Assembly (NCBI GenBank): GCA_964234715.1
Contig: OZ174279.1
Source of the DNA: Podarcis melisellensis
Lineage: Eukaryota
DNA: 64,000 nucleotides
Direction: 5' to 3' (one strand)
This document shows, piece after piece, positions 52,041 to 64,000 of this stretch. The stretch's first letter is position 1. Every line of letters begins with the position of its first letter. The notes below the pieces were generated by a model. That model was given only the letters and a program-made list of their open reading frames with translations, did no database searches and had not been told where the DNA came from. Both the position numbers and the translations under genes were made by a program.

Positions 52041-54236
52041 AATTAATCCTGATTAATTTTAGAATGGAGGTGGGCTCCAGGGTTGCCTTGACTCTGGTCT
52101 GAAGTGAATTTGTTGCCGGCAGGAGGGGAGCAACTCCCATAATCTAGCTACACATTTTATTTTTGCAAAGCATGCGCTTATCTCAACCTGAAGCTGAATT
52201 CCTGGATTCCATCTGACCAAATGTCTGTCTTCTACTTCCCCTCTACCCAAGAGCTCTGCAAGAAACGTAATAGAGACACATGGGGATAACATTATTGTTA
52301 AAAAATGTTTGTAATCGTAGAATGGCCATTATTAGGATGCAGGGTCCACCCGCAACACATGCCTCCAGATTCTGAAGCTCAAGTACTCCCTGTGGTGAAA
52401 GATAGGTTGGGGTTGTCAGGCATTTGCTTAATGTTTTTGCTCTACACTGTTTGTAGTGGTTAACGTGTGTAATTGACACAGATTAGCACTGAAAATAGAT
52501 AATTGTCAATCATTTTGCATTGACTGGAATTAGGAGGATACGTTAATGCATAACTACTGGTTTTCATAAGGTCTGTGCCTTGGGCTTACAAAATAAGAGC
52601 TTTGGAAGGATGGAGAAGATGGGAAGATGTTAGCTGTGCTAGCAAGTGCATATATGAGAAAAGGAAGCAGATGCTAACGAAGGCATGGCTGCTTTGTTTG
52701 CCAACTTGTTTAGCTTGTAATTCATTACTGAGAACCTGGAGAGTCAGAGAAAGAAAAGCGCTGTCTCAAAATAGATCCAATTAGTTGTGGGCAAGAACAG
52801 TAGAAAGTTTTCACTGAGTGTTTACCACAGTGGCATCTGAGCACAACAGTAGTCCTCCATGTTTGTAACATTTCTGTCACACAGCTGCTCATGATGCATT
52901 TTAGAGGACATTTAAATTCTGTTCTTTTGGGTTTTTGAATTGGGCTCAGATTTCTCATTCATTGCAACAAAGCTCTGTCTTTTTGCTTTTTAAAATTCTG
53001 TATGGCTTCCTTTAGCAGCGCTTTCAAGCTTCTTGTTCAATACAGCATAAGAGCCCATTTTACAGCCAGCATAATCCTATTTTCTTCTTATTTAGCTGAA
53101 TAATCAGAGTGCCAGTGGCAGTCACAGCTTTGGAGTCCTTTCATATCCTTACTTAAAACTTCTTCCGTTGCCAGCTGCAGCCACAATTGTGTCCAATACT
53201 ACCAAAGGGGAAAATGCAACACCCTCCCAAAAGACATATTTGTGTAGTAGGGAAAACAAAATAAATGCATTGATGATTCTGGAAACATCTTCTGATTGCT
53301 TTTCTTTAGAAGAATTATCCTAGAAAATGGCACTTATGGAAAGCTCGCTTTCAGTTGACTGTGAAGAAAAATAAGCCACAAATAATAATGTGGAAAGAGC
53401 CAAGAGGGATTAAACCAAGAAACCATCTAGATCAGGGTTGTTTCCCACAGTGGCTGTGCAGATGCCTCATGGAAACCTGTGCGACTTGCATTCAGAAAGT
53501 CCCATGCTCAATTTTTGGCTTTTTCAGGAAGGGCTGGGAAAGACCTCCGAGGGCTGCTGCCAGTTAGTGTGGCACAGAGCCTGCAATGGTTCCACCCTCC
53601 TCCCACTGGCCTAGCAGTGACACACGTTGCTTCTGTGCTAGACTGTGAGAAAAAAAACCCTTTCCCTCATCCAGCGAAGAAGGAAAGTCAGCTGCCACTG
53701 GAGGAACAGATTGCTCTGTTCCTGCTCTAGCAGCTCACTTCCCTTCTGCACTAGGCTGAGAAAAAGAAAAGCCTGCTCACGCACCCTAGCACAGAAGGAA
53801 AGTGGCTGGAAGGAAATGGTGTTAATATGGTGTGGGTGTGGAAGAGAGGAGAGAGAAAAGTGGGGTTGGGTAGAGAGGAGTGTTCCCACTCACCACCAGT
53901 ATGCAGTCCCTAGCCACTCCTTGATGGGAATGTAGCCCTTGACTTTTTAAAAAGGTACCCCACTCGTTTTGTAGACAATGCTACTATTTTAAATGCCTTT
54001 TTCCTGTACACTGCCTAGATATTCGTCTATTAATTACAGTATATAAATACTTTTATAAGTACTCAACTAGGTGAACGTACTGGTACGTCATATAAGGCAG
54101 CTTCCTATGTTCCTAGCCTTCTTGTTACATTACTTCTCAGCAACTGATATTCAGGGTCTAATACCCGTTTTGTTCCTGACCTAGTTCCTACACAGCAGAA
54201 TGTGGCTTCTAATTCATCTTTTCATATCCTTCACAG

Positions 54237-54793
54237 GCAAATACGTCTATCAGCCTATGACTCCAGTAGAACAACTTCCAAGCACAGAAATACCTGTTCG
54301 GCCTCGGGGAACCACAAACACCATTCAGATATCTGTCTCGCTCACGGAACACTTTTTGAAGTTTGCACCTGTCTTCCAGCCACCATTACCCCCAGATTCC
54401 CCACGGTTCTGCACAATCTCGGACCTCTTTATTGACAATTACCGTGTGAAATGCATCAATGGGAAGATGTGTTACGTGCAGAGGCAACCTCCTGCTCCCC
54501 CCAATAAAACGAAGCCTCAGGAGGTCACCACACGCAATGCCTTAATTTTGAGAGAGAATAATACACCAAAAATAGATCATTGCTCTTCCCCCTCCAGCTC
54601 TGAGGACTCTGGGATCAATGCTGTTGGGGCTCACTATATGGAGTCATGTGATGAGGACACAGAGGAAGGGGCGGAGCTAAGTTCAGAAGAAGATTATAGT
54701 CCAGACAGTAGCTGGGAACCGGATGAGTGTCCCCTCCTATCACCCTCACAATGCGAACTAGAAGTGATTGAGACCATAGAAACCACAGTGTGA
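54237..54793 (+). CDS. C3orf70: C3orf70 homolog, exon 2 (557 nt)
   Basis: CACAG| acceptor; T|GC gives CKYVYQPMTPVEQLPSTEIP..YRVKCINGKMCYVQ..acidic tail..IETIETTV-stop. Spliced CDS 765 nt = 254 aa. Confidence 0.93.
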
Positions 54794-57700
54794 AGTGCTG
54801 AGCTGGAAACTAGCTAGGCATACTTAAAACAATACCGGTTTTCTAGCATTTATACTAGCTTTTTTCTGACAGGTCCTTTTTTCCAATGCACTTGACAACC
54901 CACAGAGGAATGTAGTTAACAGTATTTAGTCACTTGTGAATTAGTTGTTTGATCCTAATCAAACCACTGAATTTTCAAGAGCCCTATTGTATATTTTTAA
55001 AGTTACAGATTTGACGTATTTTTTAGTTCTAGACTGTGCCTGATTTTGGTATGGTGCACTTAATTTGCAAAAATCAGGTCAAATTGTGAGCTGTTCCTAT
55101 TAGTTCCAAATTACTCCTTCAGAGCAAGGAGGCAGCCTTTCATCAGCACACCAAATGTTTAGGTGAACAAAGCCCTTCTTTATTTAGTTTTTTTATTTTA
55201 TGTAGGAGACCAAGACCCACAAGTTCTGCACCACACGTTCTGCAGTCAGTGTACCCCCTTTTCAAATAACCTGCATGCACACCACCCTTTTGCAAGCTGC
55301 AGAGTAACTCAGGGGGTTCCCAGAATAAGCACAATATACACTTATTAATCATAATCCTGTTGGAAAAGAATGATAACGATGCCTGAATTTAAAATCTTTT
55401 TAGGGTGAGTTGTTACACTGCCAATTGACCAACTTCATTTGGTCTTCAGTCTGACTTAAATTGATTCATGTGTTACCAACTGAGGCCAAATTGGATTGGG
55501 TTGCAAAGATATGGCATAGATTGAAGAGCTTCTAACCTGAAATAGGTTCATGATGTCAAACTTTGTTTTTCTCTCTCCAAACCTGCCAGATGTTTTTGCC
55601 TGGGGTTTGAACACACCCATGGCAAAACTGATTATGTGAATCTGCCCTTGCCATCTGCTCATGGCAGACAGCTGTCACGAGCCCATTATTTAGAAAAGTC
55701 TGTCCAGCTGATCAGTGGTATACCAGCAGCTTCTATAAAAATAAATAACCCAACCCTTTCTGCTGTGCATATGTTCAATACATGTACACCTGAACTTAAT
55801 TTCATAAGTCAAATAATTGTGCATGAATTGACATGGATGGTAGAAACCAGCTCAGTACTGTAATAGGGGTGTAAAGGTTTTGTTCGGCTTACTACTCTAT
55901 TGATTTCATATTACTCTGAGCCAGTAATGGTTTAAGATTTAAGTTTAGTATTGGGTCCAAATTAATATCAGTTCGGAAAAGAGCAACTTTCCTGCTGGGT
56001 TGGACTATGGCTCCTCCCATGGTGATTAAGGCAGGAGGAAAAAAAACTTGTCCAGATGTGGTTGGCTTAAAGACCATTTCCATGCCTGTTAAGGTGTCCA
56101 GCTAAAAGATACTAATTCCAGCTGCTGAAACACTTTGGTTTAATCAAAGTCTACTTGAAAAAGTCACAGCTAATTGGTCAAACTTTTTCTTCCTTTCACT
56201 GTGTCCTTCCAATTCACATTGAAAGTTCTCATGTAACATATAGAACAGTGTACAGTGAGTAAGACAGGTCTTTAAACCCCCTCATGTCTCTGCGTCTCAG
56301 CTTTAGTTGTACAGAGGCAGGTTATCCTCTGGGGAGAGATGCTCTGTGAATCAGTTCAAGCATAGTGGCCCTTTGAGTCCTAAGGATTGGGGTGGGGGGA
56401 GTTTAGTTTTAGTCAGAAATAGATTACACTTCAGGGTCAAGTGCCGATGGATATATCGCAAGACCTCCCCAAACAATATGCTGTGACCACATCGTTTTTC
56501 TGACATGGGTTACATCACTTTCCGTAAGTCTTGGTGAGAATGAACATATAAATATGTACAGATATATCTCTCAGTATTAGATTATTTTATGCTGTGTTGT
56601 TGAATGCTGCTCTTTAAACACTATCCTAACACATTACTAAGTTTTCTACACTCTGACATAGACACTTTTTAGAAAACGTTTAGATTACAATGTGTATTAT
56701 GAACAACTATATAAACTGATATTGTACTTTAAAATATAAAAATAACACCCTGAGAAGAAAAATGAAATATTTATTATGATGAATTATATTAAAATGCATT
56801 TCTTGGCAAAATGCTGAGGAACTCAATTCTGGGCATCACATCTGGTAAAGCCTTTCTTAGCATTTCTGGAGATATAGGATATTCTGCTAATTTTTAAAGA
56901 AAAACATTCTGTTTTATAAATTTAGTAAATTCTAGTTCAGAGAGTTTACTAAAAAAAGTATTATTTGGGGGTTATTAAAGTGTTTTCTCAGGTGCTGTAC
57001 TGTTAAGCATACTTATGGCTTTTATAGCAGGAAGAAAATGCATAAAACGAGATTGCATTACTCTAGCTAGGGGTTTGAAATGCATCGTATTTGCTGTTGG
57101 CTTTCTTATGCATGAAAGGAGTAAGGATCTCTGGCAATGGCAGATGGGGCTAGAAAAAAATGTGAATTACACTTGAGGGCAGAAACAGGGCAGCTTCTGA
57201 AAGTACACCTTAAGTTTCTTTCATTACACTTAAGAATCATGAAACCTTCCTTGGCAGACTAGCAGCCACCAAACCAGGGCTAAGATTAGAGAAATACATT
57301 CTGAACTGAGGCATGAGCTGGGTTAAATTCAGTACAGATTTACTTATATGGGTACACTCTTTATCAAACTGTTAATTAGCAATAGCCGCATACAATGTTA
57401 AACTGTTAAACTTGTTCTGTTCGAAAGTCTTAAGCACAATGGGCAAAATCCTGTAGTTCCTGGCTTCCCTGGAGATTGCCTGGGTGCAGGCCATGGCAGG
57501 ATATGGTTAGATGATTTAGCACATGATGCTGTGTCTCAACGTACTCCCCCAAGGGTACCCTATTGTTTCATGTAAACTTCTCACAAAATAATAAATGTGA
57601 AGACTGCTTTTGCACAAGCACAGCGTTAAGGCAAATTTATTCTCCACAATTCTATACTGGTCCAAAAATGTTGAATTCTAAATGGGGTCTGGTGTGATTC

Positions 57701-60700
57701 AATGCTATCTTCAGGTGTAGCTGTGCATTATCATGAAATTGCTGGAGTGTAGCTGAATTGGATGTGGCGACTATCACCTGGGAAATAAAGATGACACCAC
57801 CGTCTCTGTTAGCTTCTTGCTACACTAGCACCACTCTTCATTCCTTAGTTTCAACGTAGTTAATACTATAGTTGTCTTTCTACAGTTACCATAAGTTTTG
57901 CTAGACAAGGCCTGTTATTATTTTCTGTAAAACTACTTGAAAGGGAGAGCAGATTTCCTTTAGTAAGCTCTGAAAGTTCTTTACCATTCTTGTCATAGCT
58001 AGAGAAGAGAATTTATACTTTCTTCTTTGACCAAACATCATTTTCTGCTTTCTTGTAAGTTAGTCAATTAAGACTTGAGTAACAAGAATATATTCCATTG
58101 AGCATCTGGCCATTAATTCTGCCCCTCCACAAACAGAACATTTCTGTTTAAGCAATGCACCCTCTCCTGTCTTCTTTATTTCTCTTCTGACTGTCTTGCA
58201 ACAGTTTAACAGATACCCATTTTGAGTTTGAAAGCAGCTGATAGTAGACTTGACCTGATCATGAATTCTGTAAAAGGGACAAAGATTGCAGCTCATCTTA
58301 AGAGGAGTTGTTTTTAAATAGGACACCATGCAATATTGTCACTGTGACATTAGAACATTTTAATGGGTCAGCTTGGGGATTGAACCTAAGACCTGCTGCA
58401 TATAGAGCATCCTTCATCACTTGAATTATGACTCTTCTCCATGGGTACAAGTACACAAAGACATAATACGTACTTATTTGCTTATACCAATCACAGAACA
58501 GAGTATAGTCAGTGGCAAACAGATCCTACTGCTGACCCATGCTGATACAGAAAGGTTTAAGGGCATACCACACCAAAGGTAATATAAGAATAGGATAATT
58601 AAGAGTTGACTGACTCATCTGAACACTTGTAACTGAAATGGGTGAATGAGAATGACATAAAATAGATGTCTCCCATGCCATAGATGTTTCCCAACTTCTG
58701 CCTACACAAGTCTTTCCTTCATCTATATTCCAAACATTGTAGCCTGAAGGTCATAACTGTGTGTTCATGTACAAATTTGCTTTGGGACATGGCTGAAATT
58801 GCTTTGCTGCAGCCTCAAGAAAGGGCATTTTTTAGATTTCTAAATGCAACAGAAGGTAAAAGGGTATTGTGCTGCTCCCAGTCTCAATAGGGCTTTTTAA
58901 ATCTAAAAATTGGTGGAATTCTTAATACTCTATTGGATTGGCTAATCTCCTAGCTCTCTATTAGCTCACTGTGCTTCCACATCCTGAATATGAAAGCGCC
59001 CTGCTCTAGCACAATTAGCAAAGACCTTGGGCGGCTTAGCAAAGTTATTTTTATCAGTAGAAGCTTCTCTTTCCTCTTTGCAAGTCATTTACAATGAAAT
59101 AAGATAGATGAGTTCTTGCTTATTTCGCCAGTTAATAGAGTGCTAGACATTAAACAAAGATGAACATCCTACAACGAAAACATATTCAAAACAGCCTATC
59201 CTACACAATCAGGATTGCTTGATCATATTTGGCGAAAAGCTTCTTTTTCTCCTGGTTCTTTTTTTTGGGGGGGTGGTTATGAGTAGTGTGAGCAGCACTT
59301 TCTCAGAGACAATACTGGAGAATGGTAAGACAATCTGACTGCTAAAAGAGAACAGGGGAGGGGGCTTTGTAAAGGCAGGAAACAGGAGGGGACAGGAGAA
59401 TCATGCATTACATACACAGAGGCCAGATTACTCTTCCTTCTATACATGCAAAACCAATAAAGTATTTTCAGCATGATTTAGGCATTAGACTCCACAAGCT
59501 CAGGAACTAGTCAAAATAGGTGATTTATAATGATTAAAAGGCAGGGGATTGGCACTGCTAGTGGCATCAAAGACTTGAGTTAATGCTACAGAAACTGAAT
59601 AGACTATCCTTGTGAATTATAAGTGGAAGGAAGCCATTATTCCACTTTCAGAAATACACACAGAGTGATCAGTAATAGTAATAATAAATTGTGTCTGTGT
59701 GTTTATATGAATGAGTTTAAATAGTAGTTACATTCTGACAAAGCTAGCCTGCTAGTCTATAGCAAAGGCTCAGAGTGGGAAATACTTAAAAACTAGTCCC
59801 AATAGGGAAGAGTTTTAAGGAAAGGTGCAGAGACCTCCCCCATGTGCAGTTTGGCCCAACAGGGCATGAAATCTGGAGTCAATGTCTGCAGCTTAAAGGT
59901 GAACACTGAGAAGTGTGAGCTTCCCTAAGGACCTCCAGCATCAATAAAAAAATCCAACCATTTTCCTTTTGCTTAAAAACACTCTTCTCTTGTAAGCAAG
60001 CTGTCCATTTCATGCTGTCAGCTTGCTCCTGCCCTCTATCCTCGCTCTTCCTCCTGAACTTCTATTACCAAGGTTGAATAAATAAAGCAGATTCCCACTT
60101 ATAAGGGACAGTGATCAAGCCAAACTCTTGGCTGCTGGGGCAGGGGAGAAGAGGCACAAAGAACACACAACAAAGCCTATTTTTTGAGGGATGCTTAGAG
60201 AAGCAGTTGACTAGCACCTCAAATCCTTCCCCTGCCAGCACATTCTGTTGCCACGACTGTCATTTCCTCCACAGTTCTTTTGGCATCTAGCCTTGCAACC
60301 GAAAGAACAGTTGGCATCACTTAGTGGGCCAGGGGCCTCCAGTTGTTAAACCTTCTGCTACACAGTCTCCAAATAGCAACATTATATTTGGCAGCTGGTT
60401 CTGATCCAAGTGCTTGGTTGAACAAGAGTACTAACAAATTTAAGACATCACACTACTATGCCTTAACAGGGATAAAGCTCCATTGAACTGAATGGGCAGG
60501 ATTCACCTAATGAGCTCATTTGGTGGAAGCCTTGCACAAGGACTTCCGCTTACGCGGCAGGGCTTTCCCCCTCTCCTCTCCTGGTGCGTCACCTGAAATT
60601 GGCTCAGGGCGGGAGCACAGTGCATAGGTGGGAGGAGAGCTGGGATCACTCCATTGGACTGGAAGAGCCTGGTGCTGAATTCCACTCAATGGGTCCTGCT

Positions 60701-61083
60701 TATGAGCATTGCCCTGTAAGAACATAAGTGGACCCTTGCTAGATAAAACTAAATGCCTGTCTCATCTAGCATCCTTTCTTTGTACAGTGGCCATCCAGAT
60801 ATGTCTTGGGAAGCCCAGAATAATCTCTTTTCATACAACCATATCGAGTTGGAAGGGTCCACAAGGATCATCTAGTCCAACCCCTGCAGTGCAGGAATCT
60901 TCTGCACAGTTTTAACAGTGTGGTGTAGAAACATTTCCTTTTGTCAGTCCTATTCAGCTTCATTTCATACATCCAGGTTCTAGCATTATGAAGGCACAAG
61001 TAAAACTTATTATCCACTTATTATCTAAGCATAATTTTATAAGCCTCTGTTATGTTTTCCTCTTACCTGCCTATTTTCTAAGC

Positions 61084-61479
61084 CAGGGGTCAGAAAACTT
61101 TTTCAGCAGGGAGCCGGTCCACTGTCCCTCAGACCTTGTGAGGGCCCAGGCTATATTTTTTTTTGGGGGGGGGGAGAACGAATTCCTATGCCCCACAAAT
61201 AACCCACAGATGCATTTTAAATAAAAGCACACATTCTACTCATGTAAAAACACTAGACAGGCCCCACAAATAACCCACGGATGCATTTTAAATAAAAGCA
61301 CACATTCTACTCATGTAAAAACACTAGACAGGCCCCACAAATAACCCAGGGATGAATTTTAAATAAAAGGACACATTCTACTCATGTAAAAACACACTGA
61401 TTCCCGGACCGCCCGCAAGCTGGATTTAGAAGGCGATTGGGCCGGATCTGGACCCCGGGCCTTAGTTTGCCTACCCATG
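61084..61479. mobile_element. hAT-like MITE containing a 71-bp minisatellite
   Basis: CAGGGGTCAGAAAACT / AGTTTGCCTACCCATG termini; flanks TTCTAAGC / ATCTAAAT. Confidence 0.7.
61190..61397. repeat. Tandem repeat, 71-bp unit x ~3
   Basis: GCCCCACAAATAACCC..CATTCTACTCATGTAAAAACAC starting at 61190, 61261, 61332. Confidence 0.95.
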
Positions 61480-63563
61480 ATCTAAATTAAACAGACCTAA
61501 CACTATAACATTCCCTAATTTGGGAGCTGGTCAGCTATTTCTCATTTTGGTTGTATTTTCTGAACCTTTTCCAGTTCTCCAATATCTTTTTTGAAATGTG
61601 GCAACCAAATGTGTGCTCATACCATACATTTATATAATAGCATTTGATACTGGCACTTTTATTTAACTTACCTACTGCAGAAGCATTTCTTACTAGAATG
61701 GTAAGCATATTTTGATTAAGACCAAGAAAACCTGTTTACCAGGAGTTGATATTCCTTTACCATAAAATCAGTGGTCACCTAGGTGCCAAAGATCTTGCTT
61801 GATTATATAGCACGGACAAACATAAGCCAGGACTAAGAGGCATCAGTTCAAGAGGAGGCAGAAGTGTTCATACATATTTATACCTGAATACTTGCACAAG
61901 AAGAATGATATATTCACAGCATGATTACCACCCCCTTTCCATCAAGGGTGCAATCAAAGATGATGCTGAACATTTAAATAGGTAAGCTTTAACTGAAGAG
62001 GATTAGATCAGGAAATGGGTACCCAAGGCCTCATTTCATAATAATCCCACATCAATGAATGTTTTAAATAAATAAAATTGTATGCTTATAACCTTTTCTC
62101 AATTTGTGCACTCCAGATGTGCATACCTCTAGCATATGAGTAATCTGCAGCCATATGTGCATCAATTTCATTAATGCAGTGGAGAACCATTTGCATCCTG
62201 AGAAAAGATGAGGGAACACAATACACACTGCAATAACCTCTGGACACGGCAGTCAGTAGCAGGTCACGTGAAAAAATTGCTTGGTGTGCTTTTTAATCTG
62301 CACTTGTTCTCCCTTTGGACAGGTTATCACAAAGACAGGAAACCCCTTAAACAAACAAGGGGAAACTGCCAACTACCAGCTTTTGGAGATGTAAGGACAT
62401 TAAACAAGACACTAGTGGGAAGCTTATGCTTTACCCTGTGGGACCAGGAAAAAAAATCACCTTAAATTCATGTTAAAACCCATTCCTGTTGCAGGCTGCT
62501 AATGATGCCCTATCTACACAGAAGAGAGCAAGAGCGGGGGAGGGGTGGGGTGGGAATCATAAACCACCATCTGAAGCCTTTCCTTTAATTCAGTATAGAG
62601 TTCATAATAGATAAATGAGCTAGGGGTGGGGTGGGATACAATGAAAGAGGATGTCCTTTCCATGCAGCTCGGTAACTCAGCAGCAGCCGCCGCCATCATA
62701 ATGATGAATGTGCTGTTTTCTTTTGGTACACTAGAAACAGTGAGAGCTCTGTGGAAATACTGGCACACAGCTAGTGCAGGCCTTACAACACACACAAGCT
62801 GGCACCAAATATTTGCCACTCTCAAGTTGGCTGAGTGCTACATTACAATGTGCTTGGTTAGCAAAATTTCTGGTTCAGGATGCTAATGAGTGGCACTTTC
62901 CTGGAACAGCATGTGTCACAGCAGACCTTCTTGAGCCACTAGCACAAGGGCCAACAGAGATTTACTGCAATGGCTAAAATCAGAGGAAGAGCTAAAGCAA
63001 TTTCAGAAAAATTCATGCAATTGGGGCATCCTTGGCAGTTCTGTCTCGCTTGGGTTCAGTTGGGTTCTCTACATTCAGCTACCTATTAGAATACTGACTG
63101 TAGAGTTTCACAGCTTGTTCTAAATTAAAATGAGAGAAATGTCAACTTTGGATGACTGACATTTGTTGTATTCCCTTGGTTTTCTTCTCTAAGGGAACAG
63201 ACTCCAATTATTTAAATAAGCTCCGGCTGCAGACACTTTATCCCTGGGGCTTAGTGCAGCTGCCCCAAGTACTGTTGTGTTCAGCTCCAGTGACGAACAG
63301 CATAGGTTTGACAGAGTAGTTTATAGCTTTCAGCAAAGCCCAATGGAAAGAAGACTGAGAGATATTTTTTATGTCCCTTCTGCTTTGTTAAGCAAGTCAC
63401 AGAGGGAAAATAATAGCTGGTCCTTACAAAGTTTCCGCATTGTTGCAACCTCTCATCTACTAAATACAAAGTGAAGTTCTCGGGAGCTTGTTCCACCATC
63501 AGGAGACCGTCAAGTACTTTTCACGGTGCTGTTCTCATGTCCTGGAGCCCCATCAAATAGAGA

Positions 63564-63713
63564 TTAGTCTTCCACTAGAGGAGGAGGAGTGAGGTGAAGT
63601 TGGAAGGTCTCATTCTGGAAGACACTATTCAGTGCAGAATCACCCTGGGAGATATGGAGGAGCCCATGTTTTTCTCCACCACGGTCCCGTGAGAGTTCAG
63701 TCAGAAGAGCCAA
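63564..63713 (-). CDS. VPS8: VPS8 (CORVET subunit), last coding exon
   Basis: Acceptor TTTTGTTTTGTAG|; LALLTELSRDRGGEKHGLLHISQGDSALNSVFQNETFQLHLTPPPLVED-TAA resembles the recalled VPS8 C-terminus; syntenic position. Absent from the ORF track (<60 aa). Confidence 0.88.
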   Translation of the reverse strand: MALLTELSRDRGGEKHGLLHISQGDSALNSVFQNETFQLHLTPPPLVED

Positions 63714-64000
63714 CTACAAAACAAAAGAACACCACTTGGTATAGTGTAGGTAACGGAAATCATGTGAGAAACATATATTAGAGAGTGATGTGGGCAGTAA
63801 AAGCACTGACCTACTCAAAGGGGCAAACAATAATTTAGTACAAATTAAAAATAGCGCAAGTTACTAATAAAAAACTACCTCTCATCTACTGAGACAGCAT
63901 TGACCAAATCACAGAAAATGTTCCAGCTGAGTTATAAAAGTAGGGGAAATGCTCTTTTCAAAAGCTAGCTGTGAAAGAAAGGTGTGCTTTGAGGAAACTA

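Larger units (their letters stand above)
60717..61640 (-). mobile_element. Cluster of CR1 3' fragments interrupted by a MITE
   Basis: TAAGAACATAAG..CAGTGGCCATCCAGAT; GAGTTGGAAGGG..ATCATCTAGTCCAACCCC; AATATCTTTTTTGAAATGTGG. Confidence 0.55.

Overview
Vertebrate genomic DNA, most likely from a lacertid lizard (inferred from young Sauria/Squam1-type SINEs plus squamate CR1, L2, RTE and MITE families). The window holds three recognisable protein-coding genes. EHHADH (+, 7 coding exons, 2689-25303, 727 aa, ends in the PTS1 signal SKL) and C3orf70/UPF0524 (+, 2 coding exons, 35181-54793, 254 aa) are complete. The terminal coding exon of VPS8 (-, 63564-63713) converges on C3orf70. A CpG island at the left edge carries the first exon of a divergent gene, possibly MAP3K13 by human synteny (unverified). 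The order matches what I recall of the human 3q27 block. The rest is intronic or intergenic DNA rich in transposon relics. I found no clearly new biological system. The best leads are a possible spliced antisense unit running from the C3orf70 CpG island back into the EHHADH introns, two unusual EHHADH substitutions, a MITE in the EHHADH proximal promoter, and motifs in the poorly characterised C3orf70 protein. Gene and repeat names come from recall, not from database searches.
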